In this document: one piece after another, positions 39,781 to 53,403 of the stretch
Layout of the letters: each line of letters opens with the position of its first letter
Numbering within the stretch: position 1 is the stretch's first letter
DNA from: Octopus vulgaris
Taxonomy: Eukaryota
Direction of reading: 5' to 3'
NCBI GenBank assembly: GCA_951406725.2
Contig: OX597822.1
Coordinates: 100,564,001 to 100,628,000, forward strand
Length of the DNA stretch: 64,000 nucleotides
Made by a program: the position numbers and the translations under genes
Notes under the pieces: model-generated
What the model was told of the DNA's origin: nothing
Databases searched by the model: none
Seen by the model: only the letters and a program-made list of their open reading frames with translations

Positions 39781-40479
39781 TATATATATACATGTATATA
39801 ATATATATATGCATTACATATATATTTATATAATATATATATACGTAATATATAATATAAATATACATTATATGTATATATGCATTTTATATATAATATA
39901 TACATATAATATATATATACATAATATATATATAATATATATATATGCATTATATAAATATGTATTTATATAATATATATATACATATACACAATATACA
40001 TAATACACACACACACACACATTAAATGTTGCTTACCCCACGATCGACCCTCATTAAGCACCCAAGACCATCCCATCTTTGTGTATGTGTGTGTATATAT
40101 ATATATATATGTATATATATGAGTACATCATCCGATATGCCCTACCTTTTTCAGGATACTTGGGTGTGGTATGAGAGAATTTGGCTGTTGTTTTTAACAG
40201 GACGATCGACCACATAACATAGAGACCTCCCCTCCTCTTCTCGGTTTAAATGTTGTTTATATATGTAAGCGAATACGTCATGTTTTTAAAATTTAATCCC
40301 AAGTTTTCAACTTTTTTATTTCACTTTCCACCCCCCTCCTCTCTTAATAGACAATTTTTCTAGCAGCTGATTATGATTATGGCGTAAATTAAGCCTCATT
40401 TGAGAAGAGAATTGGTGGTGGTGAGAAATGTATATTAGTTTATTTTTCAAATAAATACATATGCGATTACTCATAAGCT

Positions 40480-40534
<55 letters not shown>

Positions 40535-40565
40535 GTAGGGGGTACACATCTTCAGTTATACCTAA

Positions 40566-40600
<35 letters not shown>

Positions 40601-41031
40601 TACGCAAATGCATTTAATGACCACATGAACGAAGAAACCTTTTTTGCTGTTGCGTTAATTGTTAGAAATAGCAGGCAAATCTCCCTCGAGTTACACCGTC
40701 ACGATCTTAAAATATGGAACATAATAGATAATGCGTGTCTTAGGTGTCTGGACAAAAAAAAAACATGATCGTTTATGGCTAGAATGTTTTCTTTGATCGT
40801 ATTCGCGATAGCTTGACCTGCTAGAAGTAGCAGCCAGATTTCTATCAAACCACACCCCGGACTATTGTAAAGGACACATATGACAATGTAAATCTTAAGA
40901 TATGCTGAAGGACGAGTTACTGCGTGAGCACCTTTGATTTATATAAGCCTGCTTGTTCAGAAGCGGACTGTGTGAGGTGTGATTATACATACATACACAC
41001 GCACACACACACATATATATATATATATATT

Positions 41032-41352
41032 CCTACTGCATGGCACCTTGGGCAAGTGTCTTCTACTGTAGCCTCGATCCGACCAAAGCCTTGTGAGTGG
41101 ATTTAGTAGACGGAAACTGAATGAAGCCCGTCATATATATGTACATGTGTTTGTGTGGCTGTGTTTGTCCCCCCTCCCAACATCTCTTGACAAGCAATGG
41201 GGGTGTGTTTACGTCCCCGTAACTTAGCGGTTCAGCAAAAGAGAACGATAGTTCTAGGCTTACAAAGAATAAGTCAGTCCTGGGGTCGATTTGCTCGACT
41301 AAAGGCGATGCTCCAGCATGGCCGCAGTCAACTGACTGAAACAAGTAAAAGG
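41032..41352 (+). mobile_element. SINE family A, 5'-truncated
   Basis: Matches from the CCTTGGGCAAG core through the ACTGAAACAAGTAAAAG tail. Other partial or decayed copies at ~7810-8040 (+), 13590-13742 (-), 21266-21405 (-), 45735-45885 (-), 56925-57122 (+), 60850-61003 (-). Confidence 0.85.
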
Positions 41353-41354
41353 GA

Positions 41355-41410
<56 letters not shown>

Positions 41411-42108
41411 GAGAGACCATGAAAAAATGCAGGAATGGCCCTGTGGTTGAAAAGGTTGTCATTTCGCTATATCGATTCTCTGTTTCGATCCCCACTTCTC
41501 GGCATTTTTTACCATGTCGAAACTGACGGAGATCCATATGCTCGCTTTTATACCTATCTACTATGTTCGTGTTTACAGACGAAGACAAGAGTTTGTATCT
41601 TTTTTATTAGCACCTGACGCTTCTTGAACCATCATTACTCTTAGAGTTTCACGATACCGATTAAAATATCTCAGTTACATGGAAAATTTCCTCTCGCATA
41701 TGCACACACGACACGCGTTGTCTATCTATCAAATGCCTTATCAAAGAATCTCTTATTCTCTTAACCATTTCATTTATTTTATACTAAAATATAATAAAAC
41801 AAGATTTTTTGTCGGTAAGGTGCTGTTGTTGTTTTCTGCACACATTTAACAAAAAAAATATATATATATATATATATCGGTGAATCACCAAATAATATAT
41901 GGTTATACTTGCTATAGCACTTGGCTGAGGTCGTTGTTCTGAGGCGTTATATAATTATTGAAGTCGGTTCTACAGTAATTACATATAAACAGTTTCGTAT
42001 CGCAGTGGTTGCTAGCGAGAGTCTGCAAGTGACATCTTGCACATGATTCTATTATCCCTGGCGAGTTAGTCATAGAATTTGTGCGACTTGGTGTGCGCTT
42101 ATATATAC

Positions 42109-42162
<54 letters not shown>

Positions 42163-42168
<6 letters not shown>

Positions 42169-42254
42169 CTAAGTAATTAAGAGTTTAGCAACGATTTGCC
42201 TCACCACACACCGAATTTAGAAATAGCAGTCAAAGAGTTTTGGCTATTCTTTCT

Positions 42255-42298
<44 letters not shown>

Positions 42299-42384
42299 CT
42301 AAGTAATTAAGGGTTTAGCAACGATTTGCCTCACCACACACCGAATTTAGAAATAGCAGTCAAAGAGTTTTGGCTATTCTTTCT

Positions 42385-42428
<44 letters not shown>
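42163..42428 (+). repeat. Near-perfect 130-bp-period tandem duplication bounded by (TA)n
   Basis: TACATACTAAGTAATTAAG...CTATTCTTTCTACTTTA occurs twice with one visible substitution (gagttt vs gggttt). Confidence 0.9.
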
Positions 42429-42431
<3 letters not shown>

Positions 42432-42981
42432 TATATAGTATGTGTGTGTTAGATTGCATAGTTTCTCTATCAAATATAATGGATTCTTTTTTTTTCTTTT
42501 TTTTTTTTACTTTGTTCATCTCTCATAGGTATATGTAGTAAACTCCTACAAACACATTGTCAATATATATATGTGTGTGTGTACTCACTCTTTCGAAGTT
42601 GATCAGGTTTCTTTTGTTTTGCTTGAGGGGAGGACGTGAGTCTCATGTAGCGAGAAACTCGGAGTATCGACCTAGCGAATTATCCAGCTTCGAATGAATA
42701 AAATATACATGTAAAGGGTACATATATCCTCACGTTTGTATATCAAAATGCGTGTGTGTGTGTGTATCTGTATGCTATAATAATAATGTATATATATAAT
42801 AGCTGTTGGTTAGCTTTTAAAGGTAATATCACTGGTTAAGGCTCTGTAAGGAGAGAGTTGTTTATTAGTAATATATCTTCAAGACCATTCATTGTATGAA
42901 AGTAATTACTTTCAATACACACCCTATTTGAGCTAATTTATTGAATGTTCTGTTAAAAAAATGTTTCTACACACACACGCA

Positions 42982-43024
<43 letters not shown>

Positions 43025-45673
43025 GCTACATGAGAGCTGTATATTTTGTCTGCCCACACATTTTTAATACCTGGTTTTGTGCATAAAATCTGTGTTATGA
43101 AGGATAAATAATGTTGAATAATTATAGAGTATCCGAGTGTCTTACAACTCTACAATACGTGGGTGTACGTGCCTCTATATACATACATTATATATACATG
43201 TATATATATATATGTATATGTATATACAAATCTATCTATATGTGTATATATATATACATACATGTGTGTGTGTGTATTACATAATTGCCTATTTACTTTC
43301 AGCCTTGTTTGGGCGAAATAGCTTACAGCACTGACTACTAACCATCGAACTTTGTGCTATTTCACCTTCCTTTTTGGTTGTATTTTTAATGACTGGCGAA
43401 ATAAATGCTAATAATATCCAAAACCATCGTCGTACGAACAACAAATCTGGTTTAGAAAGTAACGAAAGGAATTAAATCATAATTTATTATCTACTTAAGA
43501 AAAAGTACGATCCTCGCCTGCTATTTATGATATATATATATACTTCAAACACTTGGGATTTTATCTTCAATGCCATCTTGCTATCCTGACTATTTCTGTT
43601 TTAATTTACAATGGAAGTATTGCAGATAAATATCGTTAAACAATACTTCCTTTTGTTCGTCTCAGATTACTATCTTTTTCTTTTCTCTTTTTTTTTTTAA
43701 ATTTTTAATGGCTATCCCTTATTTATATCAGAGAACACAGACCTTTGTGTTGTTGTGTGTTGTGTTGTTTGGTTTGGTTTAGTCTATCTCTTCTCTTTCT
43801 GTCAAGTTGTAAGGGTATAAATTTACATATAGATTTTTGTCAAGTTGCCCGTCTAAAATTACAGTATCCTATAACTTGCAAACATTAGCCGTATTTGGGC
43901 GAGGAGACATTTAAATAACTCATCAAACACGGCTTTTTTTTTAAACTTGAATTTTTCATTCATTCATATATATATATACATACACATACACACACACATA
44001 TATATATATATATGTGTGTGTGTGTGCAAAAAATACTAAATGCTTATGTGGTGCTTATTATTTCATCTTCGATTATGGTTTTTGTTCGTTAAAGGTACAT
44101 TTAAATATGTACAATGAACTCCTTCACTGACAACGATGATGATGATGATGCCCTTGGGAAAAGTCATGAACATTATTATTATTATTATAACTTGCAAAGA
44201 AACCTGAAACCTGTGACTCTAAGAAATCCTAGGAAGTCTGAACTTTGAGCGAGATAAGACGAATCTATTACCAAATCCAGTAGGTTTCATGCTGTCATAT
44301 TTAACTGGTACAGACACAAGATCCGAACTATCGATTCGAGTTGATTTCCTTCATCAGTATTATTTTATTCTCCATTTACTTCCTCTAATCAACGATTGAT
44401 GACAACTAAAATGTAAGCTCCGCGGAGAAGAGGTGCCTTGAACTTGCAATCCGATAACTTTATATCTGAAAATTTTAGTCAATGAATTTCAAGTTTTGAT
44501 ACGTCCTTACTACGAACTGAATAAGTAGTATTATGGGGCAATCGTTAATTTCATTACATTTCTATTGCAGCTGCAGATAATTTTTTGTTTGGATAGTATG
44601 TTTTCAATGCATTGAATAGGATTCTAAGACTAACCAATAATATGGCTTCTCCCTAAGTTGGCCTAAACTGTACAGTTAATAATAACATTACGAAGTCTCA
44701 TTCGTATGTTGATAGAAAGAAATGCTTCAGTTAGGATTTTGACTTTATTTCCTATTAATCGTTCACAGAATCATTTCAGTGAAACTACATGTGTATAAAA
44801 TATTAATATTGTTTTGGCTAGCTTTTTTACTTGGTATGCCAGAAGAAACCGTACAGAATGCAACAGGTGAGGTTCGTAAGCTCATTTAGAAAATACCAGA
44901 CGCTGTCAAGACAAGGAGACAGAAACCTGTGCATACTTTTGATATTATTAGCTTGCTCAGAACTGTGTAAATATGAAAGAGGTACAGCAAAACCTGGAAC
45001 TAATAATCAATTGTTCACTTGTTATCATTATTACACTAGCAATAATAATTTTTAACATCCAGTATACTCCAGTTAAAACGAAGATATGACTAATATCATA
45101 ATCCCTATGTTTCACTAACAATAGGATTATGTTTGTATTTACAAAAAGCACAAAACAAAACGAAAACAACTAGCAACAGTATTAGCATTTAAGTGAGATT
45201 TATACTACAATAATGATTAAAGGTAGAGCTCTTGTATATGATGTAGGCTAGATAATTATCATCATAATCTTTTTAACGTCTGCTTTTCCATACCTGCTTG
45301 GATCAGAGAGAGCTTAGTCAGGCTGATTTTCTATGGTTTGGACACCCTTTCTGTTGCCAACCTTCTCTTGTTTCCAAGGAAGGTAATGTTTTCACAGGAT
45401 AGTGGAAATGAATGACTGTATGACAATGGCACTCATTTAGAACTATCATACACTGTCAAAGCAAGGAGACATACATCATCATCATCATCATCGTTTAACG
45501 TCCGTTTTCCATGCTAGCATGGGTTGGACGTTTCAAGAACAGCGGGTCACTCTACGATCCAAGGTTAGCACAGCAGGTCTTCTTGCGAGCCATGAACTCA
45601 CTTCATTTGTTGGGTCTTCACAGTCACAGCATATCTCATAAATGTATATGCTTATGCTTTAGTATTTTGCTTG

Positions 45674-45732
<59 letters not shown>

Positions 45733-46347
45733 AAGCTTCTTTCAGTTTCTGGCTACAAAATGCACTCACAACCCTTTGGTTGGTCCAGTGCTATAGTAGA
45801 AGACACTTGCCAAGGTGCCAGGCAGCGAAATTGAGCATGAAACCATGTGGTTGGGAAGAAAACGTTTGAACACAGCCACACCTGTGTCTGTGAAGCCCCT
45901 ATATATAATTCAAAGTGCCAAGTATACTTTTATCAGAGAAAATTTGACGTTTTATGAGGATTTAATTGGATAGCTAAGACCAATTATTTGTATGTTTATA
46001 ACTATTAGATGTTTTGCAGACACATTTTAGAGGTCAAGTTCTGCCAAAATTTGGTTCTATCCCCCAATCAACCAATCCAATTAAGTGCTTTCAATAAAAT
46101 GAGTAGCCTTTTGCCAATGCCAAAGAAATCAAATCTTTAATATTAATACTTAATGGTTTCCCTGTCCCTCTTGGTCCTTGAGAATATGAAATTGTGTTAG
46201 ATTCTAAACTGATATTAGATGAGCTAAATTGGATGTCTCTCTCATCTTAATTACTCCTTATCTGGGTTTTTACTCTGTTGAAAGTTTGCACTTGCTTTGG
46301 AAGAGCACTAAAGATTGTAAACCAAGATGTTGTTGAAACATCTTTAA

Positions 46348-46572
46348 CCCTTTAGCATTTGGACTACTCTGTCAAATGTCACTCATGATTATTTATTCAC
46401 ATTGTTTTAAATTAATCATCCACTATCTTGTAGCTTTGAGACTTTGGTGATCTGAGTGGTTGTTTTTAGACTGATATTGTAGTGTAGGTGTGAGAGGTTG
46501 GACCTGGCCTGTTTGTGCATAAAACAAGTAGGATGTTTTGGCCAGATATGACTGACTTAAATGCTAAAAGGC
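46348..46572. mobile_element. piggyBac-like MITE (decayed)
   Basis: Left end TTAA|CCCTTTAGCATTT, right end AAATGCTAAAAGG (imperfect TIR). The right TTAA is degenerate. Confidence 0.6.
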
Positions 46573-49500
46573 TATAAAGGGTTCTTTTTTTTAAAAAAAA
46601 ACAAGGAACTGATACCTTTGAAAATATATATGTTAGAAGTATTAGGGGTGATGTACAGATTTAATACATATGAAAGAAAAAGGTCTTTCATATATATATA
46701 TAAAATTCTTTTTTTGTGTTGGAACTTAAAGTAGATAAAACTATAAATAATAGCATGAAGAATATTGGGCAAAAATCCCTTGGATAGAAAAAAGTTGAAG
46801 GCTGACCAATATTCTACATGCTCTTTTTATAGCTTTATCCACTTTGAGTTCCACTATAAAAAATGGTTTCATACCCCTTGAAGTTTTTATCACCACTTAA
46901 TGTTCATTTTCCATGGTGGCATGGGTTGGACTGCTCAACAGCCACTGGCAAGCCAGAGGACTGTACTAAACTCCAATGTTTACTTTGGCATGGTTTCTAT
47001 GGCTCTTTTCCTAATGCCAGCCACTTTACTGGGTGCTTTTTGTGTGACACTGGCACCAGTAAGACCACCAGGTAATTCTCTCACACACAAGATAACATAT
47101 AGGACAGTGACAAAAAAATACTCAAGCTGTGTTCATAAAACTTTCACCTAATTTCCTTTCTCATGTCACTAATACTTTCAAGAGAAGTATAATTATCACA
47201 ACCTGTTTTTGAAGTCCCTTCCATTGGTTGATATCTCTAACATAGTTATTTGTGTGACAATATGTGTTTTTTTTTCTTCTTTTTTGTATAAGTTTGTGTG
47301 TGTGTGTGTGTTTTCTAGTCTGAGTATTTGAAAATTCTTAGACATTTCTGAAGAGATCATAATCTGTACTTTCATTTTCATTAGTCAACTTAAGTATATG
47401 TATATTTAAATGTGTATATATATACACACACCTGCTCGCTTAGCCAGCGGGGTGGCGTCATTCGAAGACTAAAACAATGCGAACGCATTGTGACCAGCGA
47501 TGTGTAACAACATCTGATGGTCTGGTCGGTCAAGTGATCAAGTGATATATATACACACACATACACGCAGCTTACAAATGTTCCTGTCTTCTATGTGGCA
47601 TTTGATAAGATGTTTCTTTCAACTTTGAAATACCTTGATATTTTTTTCCAATTTTTTTTTTACCATACCTTCTTCTTAGGCCCGTGTTTAGTTTTCTACT
47701 TCTTTCAGTATAATTTTTTTCCTTTTTCATTTGTCTTTATTTTGTTTTCCCTACACACACACACTTGACTTCTCCTTCTGTCTCTTTTTGTATCTCAGAC
47801 ACTACTCTGACCTTACAGTTATTTGTTCTCTTTTGTCTTTGCATATATTTGTTTACTTTTCAAACCGTATTCCCCTCAATGTTTGCTCTTCAACTTTGTC
47901 TCTCTCTCTCTAAATGTTTATCTCTCTACTCGGCATTGTCTGGTCTGTTCTCAATTTCTGTAGCCATCTGTTTAACCTTTTATTCCTGTGTATGTTTACT
48001 TTTTTTTTTTTTACCTTTCTTGTCTTTTCTCAGATGTTGATTGATTGACATCATTTTTTCTTTCCCCCAATTAATAGATCTGTCTTTTGCCACATTAAGT
48101 GTTACTAATTTTCTCTTGTTACACTCTTCTAATTATCTCTCTATTATAAATACAGTGGCACTACTCGGTCTTATCTTTCTCTTCATGACTACACTGCAGT
48201 CATACAGACTTTCTCACTTTTTTTGGTGGTACATTTTTTTTTCACCTCTCATTTTATCTCTATTTTGCTTATGCTTGTACTAAATATACACTGATGAGTT
48301 AAAAGTGACAGTGAAACCATACAACAATGTAATATATGGAACGAAATGAGTTGATAGCAGTTAGCTAGATGTATTAATGTATATATAAGGGATCAACTAA
48401 AACAAGTGTTGATAAGCTTGATATTATAGTCACACATGAAGTCTTTCTCTGCCACACGTTTTCATTTCTTATTTAATTAGTTTGCTAAAATGTGTATCTG
48501 TTTAAAAGATAATTTTAGATATATAAAATAACTTATTTTAATACTAACCAATGTCATCTATGCTTAAGCATTTTATCACATTTCTATATTTGACTTTTAG
48601 TTTTCAAATGATGGTGTTAAAAGTTTTTCTAAACTTTAATTAAAATATTTTCTTATTATTGGTGTTTGAATATTGCATGTGATCTTAGAAGATTTAAAAT
48701 CATTGGAATAGAAAAATCTTTGAATCAAGAATTTGGTTCAAAAAGCCTTGTAATGTAAATAACTTTTCCATAACATATAAATTCTCCTCTTATCAAGAGC
48801 TGTGCAAAGGGCACTTACTGTTTTATACTAATCATAATTTTTAGTTATTTATAGAGATTATCCATAATTTGTTATCTATTTATTTACTTGCTATAAAATT
48901 TCAAAAAAAACAAAACAGACTTAGATAAATCTCTTTTGCATAAAAATTTACTTATAATTCATTTTCTAATTTGTTTTATGTGGATTTATAGTTTTTTTTT
49001 TGTGTGTATGCATAAATTTCTTTCTTCACAAATATATATTGTTTTAATTTGGAAACCTTTTTTTATGCTTTATTTTGTTTTATTTTCTGTATTATATTTA
49101 GTCTGTCCCATTTGTATAATTTGGTTATAAGTTTGATGAAAGGAAATAACCATTCTCTCTATTGGAATATCAGTTAAAATGCTGATTTTTGGTTCTTTAA
49201 AATTGTCTTTATTCCCTGTAGAAAATAAATTGCTGAAGTTAGAATTAATTGAATTAATACCCATTTTAACATGAACTGCTCTTCACTTTATGATTAATTT
49301 ATTCAAAGAATATATTCAATTGTTATTACAATAGAGTTGGTTTCCAATTAAAATTGATTTTCGTTTTTGCATTATGCATTGTATATTGCCAATTTTTTTG
49401 TCTATTTTTAGTACTTGGTATTATTCTACCTTTGGCTGACAGTAAATTTTTATAGAATATTTGTCTAAATAAGGATAGCTCACTAACTCTATCATTCTAT

Positions 49501-52500
49501 ATTTATGTTATCTACTACCAACTAATCTTTCCTTATTCATTCCCCCCCCCCCCATCAACTTAGTGTACAATTTTCCCAATCAGTACCTTTTACATTGGGT
49601 TCTATAAGACTTTTTCTATTGAGTTACACAAAAATGTATGACAATATTATTGGTCGTCTTGCTCTTTCATTCTCTAGTCTTCTGGTTAAGATCTCTTCCT
49701 ACTGCTTTACTCTACCTGGTTTATAGTCAAAGATAAGTCTTTGGTTTTATATTATTAGATATTCAAAACTATCTGTTAGTATTTCTGTTTATATTATGTA
49801 ATCTGTAATTAATTAATAGTGATTTTTCAGCTCTGAAAAAAAATTTTCATGAAAGAATTTATATTATGCATTCATTTTTGGCTTACTTGCTGTGGCCAAT
49901 GATAAAAGAAGTGTATTGGATTTTACTAGAAAAAGGCAGGTGGTTCAGTTATGTTATGCTATTAATACTTAATGATGCTTCCTTTAATGATTACATAATC
50001 TCAGAGAAGAATTGAACTGGACCTCCATGGGAATATTTTGTTTGGGATACTCATTGAAATACGATTCTGACTTCAAAAGATGTGAGCTTCAATGAAAAAT
50101 GTTTTGTAATAACTGATGAATTTCTGTGTGTGCTTGTATTGTATATGAATGATGGCTGGACTATGTTGGTTTGTTGATAATATTTCATACAATGCTTTAT
50201 AACTACTACTGCTATTACTACTACTACTAGTGCTTTTGTTGTTGTTAGAATAGTGAGTTGGCAGAAGCATTAGAGCATTGAAAAAATTGTCTTATAGTAT
50301 TTGTTGCAGCTCTTAACATTCAGAGTTCAAATCCTACCATCATTGCCTTTCATCCTTTGAAGGTTGATAAGATAAATAAAGTGTCAGGTACTGAGGTTGA
50401 TATAACCAACTAATTTCTCCCTTTAAATCTTGGGCCTTGTGCCTATGCTAGGAACAATTGGTGTCGTTGTTAAGTGTGATAGTTATCCATGTCTTTTGAA
50501 TGTCCTCTCAGACTCTAGGGAGAAATGTAATAGAGAGTAGTTCAGAAGATTTGCATTTTGCATGAGAAAGGATTAAGCAAAACTGTTTAATGCAAGAGGT
50601 TATAAAGTGAGACAGTAAGAGTAATACAAGGAGAAGCAAGTCCCAATCTTTTTGAATGTTATAGATGTGAGGCTGAAATGCTCTCACTTTCAATAGCTTT
50701 TTGACTACTTATTTGTTTTTATAATTTCAAATAGTCTTTTTAAAATTTTTTTACATACTACTAGCCTCGAAGAAAGGTGGGATAGCTGAAAACATATACT
50801 AAGTGACTAATATACTTTCCATAGTTGATGTATTTGTTTATCAGGATATGCTACAACAATTGATGTTATAGTCTTTGTTCATAGTTATAATTTTGAATTT
50901 ATTATTATTATTATTACAACCATTGAGTTGAATATTTTAAATTTTTCCTTATTTTATATTTACCTTTTATCACCTTTAAAGTATTAAGCTTTAATGTTCC
51001 ATCAGAATTTGTGATTTTTGCATATTACAAAGCGTAATAACCTTAGCAATCCTACTTATGGATTATACAAATCCAAGATCACCAATCGATGCTTCTGTGT
51101 GTTTCTCTAGCAAATCCACAAGTTGGTGTGGTACATTGATGATCAAATTAACTACAATAAAACCAGCAGTGGAAGTAGCTTAGTTTATCATATTACATAA
51201 GGTTGGATGCTTCTTATTGCTAACACCTAATATGGCTAATTCACCAGGCCTAGATTTTGCCAGCAGATTAAGGTTATTTACATGTTATTATTTTCTATTG
51301 CCTTTAGCAAAGAAACATTTAGATGATTTTTTTTCATACATTGCAAACTTGTCCAGCTGATGCTAACATGGAGAAGTGCTCATTAAATTGACGATCATTT
51401 CAAACTTGAAAAAGTTAATTATCAGTAATAGATTTTTTTTTGTTCATTGTTTTTAAAGAAATTTACTGAAAAGTGTCTTGTATTTGAATAAATTTTTAAA
51501 AAGGGCAAAGGTTATATTCTTTGCGCACAGGCAAAATGTATCATTATATATTAGACACTTCAATCACAACACATTCTCCTCTTTTTAGGAACATGTCACA
51601 CATGTAGTATGTGATTGGAGTGCTTTTGATGAAGATTGTCCTAGAGGCTGACCAAGGGCTAAACAACTACATTTACAAAGTTGTTGTTGATATTTCTGTG
51701 TATGTGTTAGTGCATGGTCACATCAATGCATACCTCTATACCTTCTACTTCTCCATATCTCATATATTTGACTATTAACACTTAGTGTAAGATCATTTTA
51801 AAAAGTCTAACAGTTTGTGTTTAGACTTTAGTCATTGACTTTGAATCTCAATTTGTTTCTAACATGATCTTATGTTATTGTAGTACTTATGACATTGGAT
51901 GAATCAATGGAGATATTTTATATCCAGCTATTCATTAGAAAAAATTCAGCTACGTTTTGAACATTGTTATTCTATCATTCTAGTATTTAATTAAATTTTA
52001 AAAAAAACCCTAATTTTAATACTGTATCACCAGACACTCTTCAGGCTGTGATACGTTAATTTCAGATTATTCTTTAGATACCAGAAAATTTAGTATATGT
52101 TTTTATAATTACAGCAGTCTTTGCTGGTGTTTATTCACATAACAAGCTCAATTCTGCACATGTAGGTTAATATTTTCTTTTAATGGAAATCTGCTAGAAT
52201 TAAATTTGATTTTTCTCTTTACACTAAGTATTCATTGGTGTTTTTAATGGGCGTTTTTACGAGCTAATTTTTTTTATAATTGTTACTGTCATGACTTTCA
52301 AAATATTTTAGCCAAAACCAAATCAGAACTTTCTGAGATATGATATAAATTATTTGGCTGGAAAAATGTCAAAGGCTGCCTATGGGACATGAGCCCACAT
52401 TTTCTATGGGTAGCCTTTGACTTTTCTTTTTACCCCATCCATTGTATTTTTAACCCAATATTTTATATGCTATTATTTATAGTTTCTCTCTTTCGAGTTT

Positions 52501-53368
52501 CATTGTTAAAAATATTTTATTTTTAATGTTTCAGTTTGTTATTTTTGTACTTCACTTTTGACCAATCAGTGTTGAGAAATCTTGAAACTAGAATTCTGAA
52601 ACCTGAATTAGTTTTCTCCAATCATCATCGTCCTTATCAGTTTAATGGCGTATTTGTTAAAGTTAATTGAAAAAAAATCCTCTCTCATACTATATTATAT
52701 AATTAGAATTATATGACTATGAACTTAATTGTTTATAAAATCAATAAATAGGTATTGTAATTCTGAGCTTCTTTAGTATTTTGTTGTTGGTATTTCCTTT
52801 TGTTCAATTACTCTGTCCAAGATGCTAGTAAAATATGCTTGAATAAACACAAGTCAATTTAGGTTACTAATTATTTGATTATATACCACACAGTCATCTA
52901 AGTAACTATTCAAACTCAATAAGGTGAATAAGAATTATGATTCATATACTGTCTTGTTAATGAAAGCAATGTCTCATCTAAAATTCTTAAGGTAACTTTC
53001 ATGAAATTTTCCTGTTATAATTTTACTTTGTGCCAAGTTTACTACACTAATCAATGTTTTCTAGTGATCTGTTAATCTATTCCTCTAGGTACTTTTCTAT
53101 TATACTTTTAACTTTGAAAAATATTTAGATCTTTAAGTTAGGAAATGTCAAGATCTTGAAGTTATGTTTACTCAAGAATAAAAAATATCTTTTGTGTAAT
53201 TGTAAGCTGAAAATAGTTATTAAGATCAAATTTATAATTATTTTTATTTCTTGGTTGTAAAAGTTTTACTAGATGTAGTAAGACTAATGATACTAATTGA
53301 GGGTAGTTGTTAGTGTTCTGTTCCAATTATTGCAAGTTAGTGGTGAGCAGGAATGGGTAAACAAGAAA

Positions 53369-53403
<35 letters not shown>

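Noticed and set aside
48285-48335. CTGATGAG...GAAAC hammerhead-like core
   Set aside because: Stems II and III cannot be formed properly next to the core.
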